A stretch of DNA of 64,000 bases. Origin: Tubiluchus corallicola (Eukaryota; Animalia; Priapulida). Positions 13,720 through 26,672 of this stretch are shown here, in pieces. A program made the translations under genes and the position numbers. Under the pieces are notes generated by a model. It saw only the letters and a list, made by a program, of their open reading frames with translations, was not told the DNA's origin and searched no databases. The stretch spans positions 62,001-126,000 of the forward strand of contig JAQGDQ010000222.1 in NCBI GenBank assembly GCA_030141605.1. The letters are read 5' to 3'. The stretch's first letter is position 1, and every line of letters starts with the position of its first letter.

Positions 13720-14544
13720 GGTAGTGTTGTTTCTCTTTTCCTTATTTAATTTTCAATTCTTTTGCCCTGTAACATAAAAGCACTGATTTGATGACAAATT
13801 ATAGTTAATAGACTGAGCTGGTCTGATGGGTTTTTACCATAAATTATAGACAAAAATTATTTTTTGTGCATCGTACTTCTCGATAATCATTTTAGCAAGT
13901 TTAGACGATTTAAAAAGATAGATTTGGAAATCTGGCTTAGAATTCAAAGCGTTCGTGCGCTTTGAAAAACCATACTTTGGTTTTTCTAAAAATTGCTAAA
14001 ATTTCACTTGCTGATTTCTGGGATAAAAATGCTATATGGACGATTTTGGTGCTAGTACATGTGTATCTGAAATTGTGAATAATTTATAATTTCAATACAT
14101 TTAATACTTTGCAATTCAATAAATTTTAAAAAAGTTTTCAGAGGTCATCGTTCAATCAATTAATCAGAGTGACACTTGATTTCACAATTAATAATATCCA
14201 AAGTGTACAATCCACAGACTAAAAAAACGCCTAAAACTAAAATAGAGCTTATTCTTACTTGACTTTCTGCATTTTTCACCATAGTGACTATATGAATCAA
14301 AGTAAATTAAGTAATCATAAGGATAAGTTCATTTTCTGAAATTAACTTACCGTCACTCGCTGACGTACAGTACAATCATCAATATAACCTATGGCAAACA
14401 AAACCACCGACACTATCAACTACACATCTGTTCTGGTAGCATCTTACACAATGAATAAGTTTAACCTGACAAGCGTGAAACTGTTAAGTGTGTTAGCAGT
14501 GACAAATCGCGATAATAAAAAAATAATTATTTTGTCAATTTTAC

Positions 14545-14570
14545 TCGTGTGACCGGGTTACGCATTAGTG
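14545..14570 (-). promoter_or_regulatory. Upstream motif shared with paralogue B
   Basis: tcgtgtgaccgggttacgcattagtg matches 22988-23013 (tcgtgcgaccgcattaccattcagtg) at 19/26 ungapped, at a comparable position upstream of each gene. Confidence 0.45.
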
Positions 14571-16254
14571 GTGGTAGTTAGTCGCCAGTGGTCATGTCAT
14601 AGCTGATGTAATGCATACAAATGACGTTCGCAATGTGTTAGGGGGCAAACTTGGAATTAGAAATAATCATAAGTAAATAGTAATTAAATAATCAGTTCAG
14701 TGAAACACATTAGAAGGTGAGCCTCTTGAACTTGTTGTCGTGCAGCAGTCATACAATAGACACAACGACTATTGAATCTGCGTCTACAATCATTGGTTTA
14801 ACAAGGACCATATATAGGCAACATAGTTGGTAGAACTCTATGCGGAAATTCTTTGATCAAATCAAAACTTTATAGAATACAAAAGTTATGGTAACAATAC
14901 GAATCTGTGCTAGCCTTTAGGCAATTAGCAGTAAAGTCGTGTGATTATTACTTTGCTTCATACCAGTAACTGACTTGACAAGAGATGGTCGGTCAGCCTC
15001 TTGAGGCATGAATGTTTGCTTAAAGGAAAGGCCAAGCCTTCTGGGAAATTAAGCCTATTTTAATGTTAACGAAAAATGTTAGAAGGAATTAGTAATAAAA
15101 GCGTGGTAAGCGCCTCCTAGAATTAGTAAAATTACTAATGTCGCGATCATTTCACTCTTGGGCGCTTCATTTTGAATGCCCATTCTTTCACTAATGATGT
15201 CGTTCGTCAGCTGAAAAAAAGCAGCGCACTGTCAATTTCCGTTAAAATCATAATAAGCGTACGCAAAAAATTAAATATCTCATTTTGCAATACTTTCCTT
15301 TGAACTTTAGGTGAGCTACAGTCTACAGAAGCTTTAAGCAGCGCTCGATTACCGAAAATCACAATGTACTTACGAAAAGCCACGAAGTCCACCAGTTGTC
15401 TCATAATTTTTAAGTGAATAGCGGTTACCATCGTGCCTGGAAATTTGTGCTCACCATCCACAGCAGTAAATTAACTTTATGCCTTATAGACAGTTTTTTG
15501 CAAATTTCTTTGTTATATTTTTCTAAGTTTAAGTGGTAACAGTAAAATAAACCCAACATGCTTTTTTAACATGTCAGGGAAATTTTAATGACTTCATGTA
15601 CAATATTAATTATACAAGTAATAATATGTGCCAAAGCTCAGAGGGGAGCAAACCCCATATTATCTGTTGTTTAAAAGTAAATTAGTAAATCGCATTAAAA
15701 GGGAAAGTTTGTAAGTATTTAACAACACCATGATGTTACTTATATATTAACTTGTCTCGATAATTTGATTTTAATTAATTTTTCTCATATTTTGTTAGGT
15801 AATTATTTAGGTCATTGATATCAGTGCCATTCAAGTAGATAATGATAATAGAATGCTGGTATAGATATTGTAAGTTGTTCGAAATAACATGTAAATACCG
15901 CTAACTGTATAGTCCAGCAAATAGAGGGCGTATGTACATGTGTAGATATGCTCAAAATAAAAAGTTTAATAAAAATTGCTAAGTGGCGTTTCCTTTTCTT
16001 TAATAATCGATGTTTACACGAATCAAGCATTCGGTATTTCTTACTGTAATGACGTACGATAGTAATGAAACATGCAATCTTGTTTTTGAAGTAGCAGGCA
16101 TACAATACCAATAGCGAGAAATAGAAATTAACATTGCAGCTATTTTGCTGTCAGCAGGAGGCGTTTGAACAATTATATAAAGAAAAAAGGGATTCAGACT
16201 GCCTCTGGTCGTCTCTACGACTTACCAAGATATACAGGTCTGATTAATTTACCC

Positions 16255-16330
16255 TGGTTTGAGTGACTGAGTGGTCTAGATTTCGGACTGCAACCATGCA
16301 GTCTTGAGTTTGAGTTTGTGTGTGTCGATA
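16255..16330 (+). mobile_element. Degenerate tRNA-derived SINE head
   Basis: A-box-like TGACTGAGTGG (16264-16274) and B-box-like GAGTTTGAGT (16306-16315) at tRNA-like spacing. No intact cloverleaf seen. Confidence 0.3.
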
Positions 16331-16915
16331 CCCATTGTTGTTAATGTTGTCTGTTAAACAAGCGATGGTACATAAAGTTTTTTTTGTCTTTGGCATTCCT
16401 ATACAGCACAATCATGACATTGTTACTAGCTATATTGTGTATCACTTTAAATAACTAGTGCGTCCGCCTATTAACACTGTTGAATGGGGAGAACGTGCGT
16501 CTAATTCGTAAATTGATTCTCAAAGGTCGTAAAAATCAATTATTTGTTAACTGTTTGATTATGAAGGTAACGGGTCTGCTGTCGGTTTTTGGCTGTTCAG
16601 TGGTGAAAGTAATTATTAGTTGGCTAGTGCTCAAAAGTACTCAAAAGTGGTTGTGAGGTTCAAAGTACACGGCAATGATTGACTTAAGTCTTTGCCCTCG
16701 TATTAAATCCTTTACGTTGAAACTTGGCTTGTCCAATGTCCACTCCAGATTCAGACTTCCACCAGTTCTCTCTAATTGTCTAGGGGATGTCATGAAACAC
16801 AGGTCTTATTAATTTGGATCTCATCCCTACAAATGGGCGAAGAGTGCTCCGGTCAGGCAATTACCTCAGTTCTATAATGTCATGTGCCATCCATCGGTTT
16901 TATATTCAGTTACAG

Positions 16916-17264
16916 CAGTGGTTCCCAAAATAGGGGTAAATTACCCCCCCCCCCCCGGGGTAATATGGTTTTTTTGGGGGGTAACGGGCACCCCTCTGAA
17001 AATTTTTAAAACTTCGCTCGGAATGCATTTTACGTAGTTTTCTTCTTGAAGAGACTGCCTCCGGTAATACTTGTTTTGGCAACAATACAACAACAACACC
17101 TGGAAATTTATTTATGTCACGAGCAAACATAAATAATTTTGCTTGCTTGTGGCATATACGTGTGTTTACTTTTTGAGTTGGATAAGTAGTACTAGGTGGG
17201 GGGTAATGGACAAGACCGGGTTTCCCGATTTGGGTAACGGTCCGAGAAAGTTTGGGAACCACTG
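16916..17264. mobile_element. Non-autonomous hAT (Charlie/SPIN-like) MITE, 349 bp
   Basis: Perfect 14-bp TIRs CAGTGGTTCCCAAA ... TTTGGGAACCACTG, a perfect 8-bp TSD AGTTACAG (16908-16915 and 17265-17272) and repeated subterminal GGGTAA motifs. Confidence 0.95.
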
Positions 17265-18775
17265 AGTTACAGCAATAACCATTGGACAACAACAGCAACC
17301 AATATGAAGTACAGCGTATGAAGGCCACGTCTGGTATTGTTTCCGGAATGCGCACTGCTACACTATTGCTACACGCTGCTTAATGTCATTTTAGTTCCTT
17401 TTTACAATGGGCAATGTATGTTGTTGGTCAGAAAATTACTTACTTATTTACTCATTCTTTACATTTTAGGAGAACGTCAATGCCTTCTCCTAGGAAGGAC
17501 CGTTTCTTACCTAGGTGTTTAGTCTTCACCATACCTACCTTTACAATAAAATCCTCCTTAACTTTTTAGTAACAATAGCTTTAACCTGACCTTTTAACAC
17601 TGCACCTCCATATTAAGCATCATTATTATGGACACAACCAAATATTGGCAAACAAGAACCAATAACTTTGCCATGTGGAAAGACCACGAAGACGAATATT
17701 TTCCTTGTGTTTTACTTATCAGGCTGACAATGGCGGCGATTATTTTCTAGATTTATTAGGAACGTACTGGCACACTGGCAAACAAACTAGCAGCAAAATA
17801 ACACTATATGTGAGCAGTAGGTAATTCTGTAATCTGTTACTGATTAGCAAAGCACCCTACCTATCAAGTGTCACATGCAAGCAGTTCTGAGTTAAATGAC
17901 ACACAGCAGTGGAAAATTAAATCTCAAAAATCTTTAAAAAAAACAAATGTTTCCTCAGTCTTCAAAATAATAATAATTGTTTTTCTACGCAGCACTCGAC
18001 CTAGAACCAGTAGTGCGTGTCAAATTAATAAATAAATAAAATAATAAAAAATAAATAAACTAGCTTTGTCATGAAATTTCTATTGCTACAATAATTTAAG
18101 TTTAAATACTGACTCAATTGCTAATATAACACTTGTAATATGCTTGCAGCACATAAGTATACTATAATAAATTTAATACAGCATATATCACATACGATAA
18201 ATAAAACAAACACTAACAAACTAATTGTTTTTTTCACAGGGTGCACACCTATAAGACCCAGGTTATAATTCAATCGTTTGATCTACACAGTATCGATATG
18301 ATAATTAATGAGTTACCAGTAATTACAAAAGCTAACTGGTCGGATATGGTAAAAAACGGTGATATCCTGAAATTTCAGTCATGCCTACAAGAATATAAAT
18401 GTCATAGACGTGACAAAACGACACAATCAACTATATAACCGAATCTTTGAACGTAGACAAAAAACGGCATTCTCTACAAAAGCAAATTCCTTTTCTTGCA
18501 GTGAAGACAAGAATAATGTAAAATAGCAACTGACTTACAATATGGCTAGCAACAATAACTAGCAACAACATATTATAACAATCCATGAAATAAAATACGC
18601 TATAAAAAGATATTGAAGAAGGTTGACCTAAAACCACACTTTCACGAAAGACGTGCTTTGAAAGAATGCCAATAGAAAACTCAGTTAACAATACAGTAAG
18701 CTTCGCTGATTCTGCTTAACAATGCCTGTACATATCTCGATCATAAAATTATAATTACACAACATGAAAACTTGA

Positions 18776-21700
18776 CTAGTTTCGTGACTGATATGGTGCA
18801 GCATCTTCTTCGTTAGAAATAGTGCTTGGCAAAGAACAGGCAACAGAAAAAGCTCTGTCTAATGGATGTACTTTTCCTTGTGGATGACCCATTACCATGA
18901 TGGTATTAGTGTAGCTGTGGGAATTATTCTAAAAGAAATAAAAATAAATAAGCTTCTATTTGTTTTGTAAAATTTCAACACGTCCGCAAAGTTTGAAGTT
19001 TCCTAATGCAACACAGAAACAGCTATATAAGGATGATTGTATTACATCTGGAGACACGGTGATATTTAGTACAAAACAGTGTACTGGTAACGCTCTGATG
19101 ACACAGCAATAAAAAACTTATATTAAAAACTACATGTCCTATTAGCTGTTTTCAGCGCCTTATAATATACATTCCGTTCATCAAAAACGAAACACTGACA
19201 TTACGAAAAATAAGTTTTTGTTTTTGTTTACTTTTTGGAACATTGAGACAACATTAGTTTTGAAACTTGAGCATAAACTTTGAACTAACAGAATGTTTTA
19301 TCTTCACTACATTTAATAAAAAATTGTACTTACAAGCACCGATTTACTAGTACCACAGGCATCCATTGGCAAGAGTAGGCTGAAATAACGCTGTTCTCCA
19401 TCTCCTTTGATCGAGCAACCAGCTTCGTTAAAATGACCTTGAGTATACACTTGACCGAGAAATCCAGTAGGAACGTTCAGCGTGACAATGAGCATGTTGC
19501 CTGGACCATCGCAAAATGTATTGAGAGCTGCAACGTCCGTTAGTGCGTCCTTTTCGACAGCAGGGGCCTTGCTCGAGGATTCACTATGAGATGAACTCAA
19601 GTTCCCGTACACAGCTCCGTTGAACTTATAATAAGTACTGCCATGAGGTCTATTAGAGTTGCTACTAACAGAAACTTTGGAAGCATCTTGATTATTATGG
19701 ACAGCGTAGCTACTTCTGTAAGTGGGGTTTTCCAACTGAACTGGCTGTCCATTATTTTGAGATTGAGAGTAAATGACTTGTTGATTGTGTACAGGGCTAC
19801 TTGTCACTGGTGTATTTCCTGGAGAATTTACGTGATTAACTGCGTAGTATCTTGGCGCCAATCTGGGGTTGTTAGGAGGCGCTGGTTGACGTCTGGTCGA
19901 TGTGCCAACGTTTTGAGAAATATATCCGTATCCGTTGTTGTTTTGCAGGGTATCCTGAGATGTAATGCTTGGTCGATTTGCAGCCCTACTGTGGTGATTT
20001 CCAGATGTTATTGCTTGTGAGCTATCCGGAAGACCCCTTATGTAGTGATGCGGATCATAACTGCGTTCATTTGCATTTGCAGCATGCTGAGGAACTTGCT
20101 GGTATTCATTAGCAATATTCGGTTGTCCAGGATGGTTTCTGCTTGTAACTTGAGCATTTTGAGGAGCCCGTCCATGACCATATTTGGAAGTATCACCTTG
20201 ATTATAATTTTTACTATTTAGGTGCGGTTGTTGATAGTTTTCTTGCCGGTACTCATTGGCCTGTTCACCAATATGAAATGGTACACTTGGTTGTGTTCTA
20301 GCTACCGTGGCTTTTGTCTCTGCAGTATTAGCATGAGTATTCACATAACTGGATGATTGGTCTTCAACGGTCTCCACTGAAGGTTGATTCTTGCCTGCTA
20401 CTTGTGCATTGTGTGGGACGTGTCCACCGCCAATATAATTATCATGGCCATATCCTGGATACGCACCACTGCCAACTCCAGTACCATAGCCTCCAATATG
20501 TCCAGCATTTTCACCACCATAGCCAGCTCCCCCATAGCCCCCTACTGAATCAGCACCTTGTCCAAGGGCCCCAAACTTTCCCCTTCCTGCGCTACCATAA
20601 CTACCAGCATCGCTGAGTCCACGAGCCTGCCCTTGCTGATAACCAGCTTCCCCCTGACCATAACCACCACCGGCATAACCACCAACATCGTCATAACCAC
20701 TACCATAGTTATATTCGTAACCAGACGATGCACCACCGCCACCATAACCTCCGCCATACGTACCACCAATTCCTGCGCCTACACCATATCCTGGACCACC
20801 ATGCGGTCCGTGTCCACCAATGAAATTTGGGTGACCATTGTGCAAAATCCGTCCTTCTTGGGGAACAGCACCATTGTCATCGAGGTATCTATCAGCAGCA
20901 AGTGAATGTCCATCCTGATTTACATGAGTACCTTGAGGGTAGTCATTATCGAAATGGGTAGCTTGAATAAAACTTTGATCGACTGAGTGGGGTTGTGGCT
21001 GACTTTCTGTTGGCACACCATTTTGATTATTCTGCGGATGCTGACCAATATATGTTGGTCCATTTAGTTGGCGCTCATTTTGTACTGTTTCTACATTTTC
21101 TTCTGTGTGATATATTCTTGCTAATGCCTTATCACTGGGAACTCGTCGAAAATCGCCTCGAGAATTTCGTCTTCTGCTTTTTCCATTATTTCTGTTTTGT
21201 GTTCTGATGTAGTCTTCATGGTAAAGTATCCCTGTTTCCTGATCCCCGCTAGGCGACAGCTTGTAATTTTTTGACAGTAACGCTCTGCCCTCAGCATGTT
21301 TTCTGTTGTTCCTCCCAAATTTCATTGCTTTCCTTTTCGGTATAGGCACAGCAGAAGACAAAGAAAGTGCAACTACCTGCAGAAAAAATTTAAACATTAG
21401 AATTGAAATCAACTATAGTTTGACTAAGATCTTTATATTAGTGCTTATAATCAATGAACAGCAGATGAAAAAAGTCAATCTCGAAGCGTCAGTTTAAAAT
21501 AAAGATTTTTAATTTGATTTAATTTATTGAATACTTAAGATACATTAATATTTAAAATATCTCATTTAATAATACACGGCTTACGCATTTGTAGATATGA
21601 AATATTTCAATTAAGAAAAGATTTCACTAAAACAAAAGGTAAAATGGATGACATGAATTGATATGGCGAGCACTAACTGTGGGCATCATCGATTAGTGGT

Positions 21701-22309
21701 GTTGTGAATGATAACCTAGTTGTTGGGTAGCATGTTGGTGAATAGCTTGTCAGGTAGATGAGAATAGATTGCATATGGTGTGTTGTCCGACATGTGAATT
21801 TCATGCTCCTTATTTTAAATATACATAATGCCTATAAATTCTTTTGATGCGCCCTGACGATTGTAAAAATGAAGGCTTTTGAAAAGCTTCTTCCACGTAC
21901 CAAGATGAATGTGTATAGTAGATTGCAGCAAAAATTTCAATGAAAAAACAGAAAACATATAATCTTATGTATGATTTGTATTACTTGAAACTTGATTGAA
22001 ATTTCATCCAGCATTTTCAAAAATAGTCCGTATGTTTGACAATTGCTGTAAGCCTGACTATATTGGTCATGTACGACAGGAAACGTTTAAACGTTATTTT
22101 TTAATGTTTGCAGGCAAGATAATAGTCCAGTTGTTTAAATTCAAATACACGTAGGTAGAAACGTCCTGTTCAATTCTTGCGTTTTTAAATTTTTTGATTG
22201 CGTGTTAGCTGTCTTACATCCAAACTAAAGCAGTAATTACTACACCAATTAAGGTTAATAAAGCAAAGGCACTTACACTTGCGACAATCAACAGCAAGAC
22301 AGTTTGCAT
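18776..22309 (-). CDS. Secreted Gly/Tyr/Asn/Gln/His-rich protein with isolated C-terminal ZP-N (cuticlin-like) domain, paralogue B (742 aa, 3 coding exons)
   Basis: Exons 22309-22277 (MQTVLLLIVAS, GTAAGT), 21376-19334 (CTGCAG acceptor, in frame with ORF 19313..21412, GTAAGT) and 18928-18776 (NNSHSYTNTIMVMGHPQGKVHPLDRAFSVAC...RN*). Signal peptide MQTVLLLIVASVVALSLSSA|VP. Intron positions, phases and the 4-Cys ZP-N pattern match paralogue A. Confidence 0.88.
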
Positions 22310-22987
22310 TGTGATTATTGATTGTTGTTCGTCACACCATCAAACTGAAACCAAAAAAAGAAACTAGAAAAGAAATAAAGAACTTTCTGAGTAGGACAAC
22401 GACTGTAATTCACTACGATAGTAGCTACTTAAGTCTGTTCAACGGTTTCTATTAAGATAAAACAGACAAAACTGAAAAATTGATAAAACAAATGCGCTAA
22501 GGTTTAGTACTGCTGACACTTTGATGCAACTTTAAAGCTTTGAATCTTTAGATAAATTGTACAGAAATTGCGTTTTCTCTGCATGGCTGACCAGAAAAAT
22601 TACTTTTCTTGAATTAATCCCTTGTGCTGTAATACTGTAATGCATTAATTGTGTAAACAAATAATTCTTTCACATTTTACTTTTAGCACACAATTTTGAA
22701 ATACAACCAGTACAAAATAGAACTATCTTGTAAAAAATCTATCCTCAATTAGAAGACTTCAATAATTGCACACATACAATTACATTTAAGATGACCACAT
22801 ACTTTTATACATGTTTATAGAAATCGAAATTGCACTATACACAATGGTAGTATTTAAAACGTTCTCACCAACAACTGACTGAATAGAAAGTGTTCTTCAG
22901 CATCTACAAAGCATCAATTTTATATTGTGTAATAAATCGTGCGTGAAGAAAAAATGAGGCAAAATGTTAATTAATAGCTTTTCATAA

Positions 22988-23013
22988 TCGTGCGACCGCA
23001 TTACCATTCAGTG
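22988..23013 (-). promoter_or_regulatory. Upstream motif shared with paralogue A
   Basis: 19/26 match to 14545-14570. A TATAAAA on the minus strand lies near 22918-22924, between this motif and the gene. Confidence 0.45.
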
Positions 23014-23471
23014 CCACTCGTGAAGATGTATCGCTTGATTCACTTTTTACAATACAACAATGTTAATAAGAATTGGTGTGACAGTAGCTGCAAGCTACAA
23101 CTACTGTAGCAATTATTGTAACAGAAAAAGAAATAGTAGCAAAAAGGTCCAACAACAACAGTAGCAACAACCCACGAAGCGACAGCAACACAGCTGCATT
23201 TATTAATTTAGGATGCAGTCAGACTTCTGAACTAAAATTAAATTTAACGAACTCAACGAAAAAGATACACCAGAAGAGTATCGAAAGGTGAAATTGTTAA
23301 ATAGGATCTCGAGATAATTAATTGGCAGATTAGTCAATTTTCAGACCCAAGTGTGAAGGATTTCTTTTGAATTTTAATTTAAATCAGCCTAATTGTGATT
23401 AAAATAATATGCAAAATTGTTTAAGTTGTTTATCACTCTCAACAAAAAAATTAGTATATTGTTGATAGTAA

Positions 23472-23474
23472 TGG

Positions 23475-23509
<35 letters not shown>

Positions 23510-23568
23510 GTGATGATGACGAGGACGACGACGACAACGACTACGACGACGATGATGATGATGATGAT
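23472..23568. repeat. (GAT/GAC)n microsatellite
   Basis: Directly visible. It produces the spurious poly-His ORF 23399..23584. Confidence 0.95.
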
Positions 23569-23570
23569 AT

Positions 23571-23916
23571 TGTAACGCAGGCACTTGTGTCGGGTCAGGT
23601 ATAGGGCCCTCTGCGCGCCATTAGCAGCGATTCACCCCTTCCTTGTAAATCCAGGCATCTTGTTTGTGCCTACACGAGGTGTGGAAAGCCAGCTGACCTG
23701 GAATGCCAGAATAAAAGCGTGTAGAGGTAACTGCAGCCTTGGATTTCTGACACAGGTGCTCCTCGGCCTAGTATATATGTGTGCTGCGACTTACTTAAGT
23801 TTTTTTGTGGATTTTGTTCCCTCTTTTTTGTTATTAGTCCTGGCAATAAAACTTGTTACAGTGTTAGTCTAGTGTTCTATTTTGTGACTTTTATGTGTGC
23901 TAGATGACTTGTTACA
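23571..23916 (+). mobile_element. Solo-LTR-like element
   Basis: Starts TGTAAC and ends GTTACA (23916, alternative end 23860). GC-richer than the flanks, with TATATA near 23773 and AATAAA at 23845-23850. No clear TSD. Confidence 0.5.
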
Positions 23917-26481
23917 AAAGTTATATGTAGTTAGTTCATAAATAATTCATTACTAATTAAGATAAATTTATAATAAAGAGAATTTCATTAGTTAAGTAAT
24001 TTATTACATTAAAGAACAACCATACAAAATGGATCATCGTAATGTGGAATTTAAAGACCGCCATGCTATCCTGGAATTCGACTCTCTGACTCCCGAGCCA
24101 AGTCGAATTCAGTCCAGTATTATCAACAATATCGAATATTGCAGATAACTTGGTGATAATTAGCCTATACTAAACTGAAATTTGAATTTAACTTTTATTT
24201 CAGAATTTCTTCCATATAATTGTTAAAAACGTACACAGTAAAAACGTTGATAGATTTCTACTTAATTTTTATTGCATGCTTATTCCATTCATGTGCTACA
24301 CACGTGAATCATTCGCCAGTAACGCGCATTAATGCATTTTGTTGTATTGGTAGCATCTTGCTAAATCCGGTACGCATAACACCAGGTACGAATTTGCGAG
24401 ATGTCGCGGCAGTTGATGATTATCTTAAGAGAATAATAAATGGTGAAGGTTACTAGCAATCGTGCAGCGAATTTATAATGACAATTTACAATTTTGCACA
24501 AATATGATGAAGATTACACGTACTACATTTAGTACATCCAGCAGCAGAGATTACTGACCTTATGTAGCATTGTTAAATTTGGAATAACGTGCGTTCAGTA
24601 CGATACGGACGATGACGTTGGCCGTAATGATGATGATGATGATGATGATACCGGTGGATATAAGTAAATATCCTTTTATCTGCGTTCAATATGATTTTAG
24701 TTTATGTCATCTACTTAAGTAAAATTAATGTATCACGCTGAGAGGTTTACCCAGCGAAAACCAAGAATTCATATTCTGCATTAGTGGGAAGCTTGTTAGT
24801 ATTTGAATACGTGTGAATGCGTCAGCAAAATTTATAAGCGGCGCATTATGTTCAAAACTCTCACGGGAAACAACAGATATTTATAATATCTCATAAAAGC
24901 TCATAAAGTCCTAAATCACGAAACCTTGATGATTTGGTGATTGATACATGTGATAGGCATTGACGATCAAATTGCGTGTAGTGAACAGCCTATTACTGCA
25001 GTCTCTATCAAACTCTATAAGTTAGATAATTACGCTTTATAGGCCAGAATATTAATACTTTTATACTTTTTGCAGGAATGATAACGACGAAGATACTGTT
25101 GTTTGTTTCGCTTCTCTTGCTTTACCTTTGAGCGTTTTATCCCACACCGAACAAACATTTGAATACTGACCTGCAGAAATTAGGATAAATGTCAAATGAT
25201 AAATATTGTTTTTGTCTTTTTATAATTGAAGAAAAATTAACAGGTCTTCAAATGCCCCTTGAGCGTGGTGAAGATCGAATTTTCAGTTCCCAGCAGAAAA
25301 AGGATAAAGCCATATAGATGAAGTTTGTTCAACTAAATGCAATACCCACCACATTTAATTTACTAACTTAACAAACCAGAGGTTTGTTAACAAACGTAAA
25401 GATTAATATTTAACAAAATTCTTGCCAAATATTTACTGTTCAGCAATCGAAAAGCCTGCTAGACAGCTTCTCTGTCAGAGTTCAATGCTTCCTCGAAGCC
25501 AGACGAGAACGGTTAAGAAAAGTTTTGTGTACATTACCCACTCGAAGCCCCATAACTACTCGGTCAAATAACCCCCTAAATTGCTCAGGATAATTGAAAA
25601 CTTCTTGGCGATTTCTTGCAGAATCCTATTTAGGAGAGCTCTGTGTATAAATTTGCTGTATTGGGAACCTGTGTTAATGTGCGGTTTTTATAGCTTAGTT
25701 TGTAATTTTAGGTGTAGTTAAAAATTATGTTTTTTTTAGAACTCCCTAATTCTTTTTCTTCAAATTTAACTAATAATAATTAACTGCACTGTACCTTAAC
25801 TACTTTTGTACCTTAACTACACTGTACCTTAACTACTTAACTACTACCATATTTATCTTCTTATTTATATTTGATTGTTCTGTGCCTAACTTAATGTACT
25901 AAGCTTAATAGCTTATCATGTGTACTGTACATGTTTCTTAACAACATTTTTTTCCTTTGATTGTAACAGCCCGTCATAAAATTTGGAGTAATAATTACCA
26001 TTATTAGAAGGAACTCGTTTATGAAAACATTAAACTTCTTGCGCCCGATTAATAATGATTAATGGTAGCAGTGCTTGCAGTCTAGCTTAGCATCAACAGT
26101 TACTAAATATATTATTTATGATTTTAGGGCAGTGTTTAAATTTATGCTTATTGCCTTAAAAAAGCAATACATAAATACTTACTGTATTTACATTAGTAAA
26201 TATATATAAAAATAAATATGAAAGTGTTAGTAAATAATAAAAAATTGATATATAAAAATACGCCTTTGATCAATAAAAACATCATTTTCATAGTCACTCA
26301 AATAAAATATTAATTATGATTTGGAGCGGTATAGTAACTGAAGTTGGGTGAATGAATAAAATTCTGGCTGATCAACTAAGCCCCAAAGATGCCATAAAAT
26401 ACTGAATTATATCAGTAAACGGCTATAACTGCTGTCGCTACATATTCATTCATTGCCTTTCCAGCGCATTTTAACTCGCAC

Positions 26482-26672
26482 TGTGTGTGTGTGCGTGCGT
26501 GCGTGTGTGTGTGCGTGCGTGCGTGTGCGTGTGTATGTGCGTGTGCGTGTGTCTGTGCGTGCGTGCGTGCGTGCGTGTGTGTGCGTGTGTTTGTACGTGT
26601 GCGTGCGTGCGCGCGCGCGCGTGTGCGTGCGTGCGTGCGTGCGTGCGTGTGTATGTGCGTGTGCGTGCGTGC
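26482..26672. repeat. Compound (GT)n/(GCGT)n/(GC)n alternating purine-pyrimidine tract
   Basis: Directly visible tract of about 190 bp. Confidence 0.95.
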
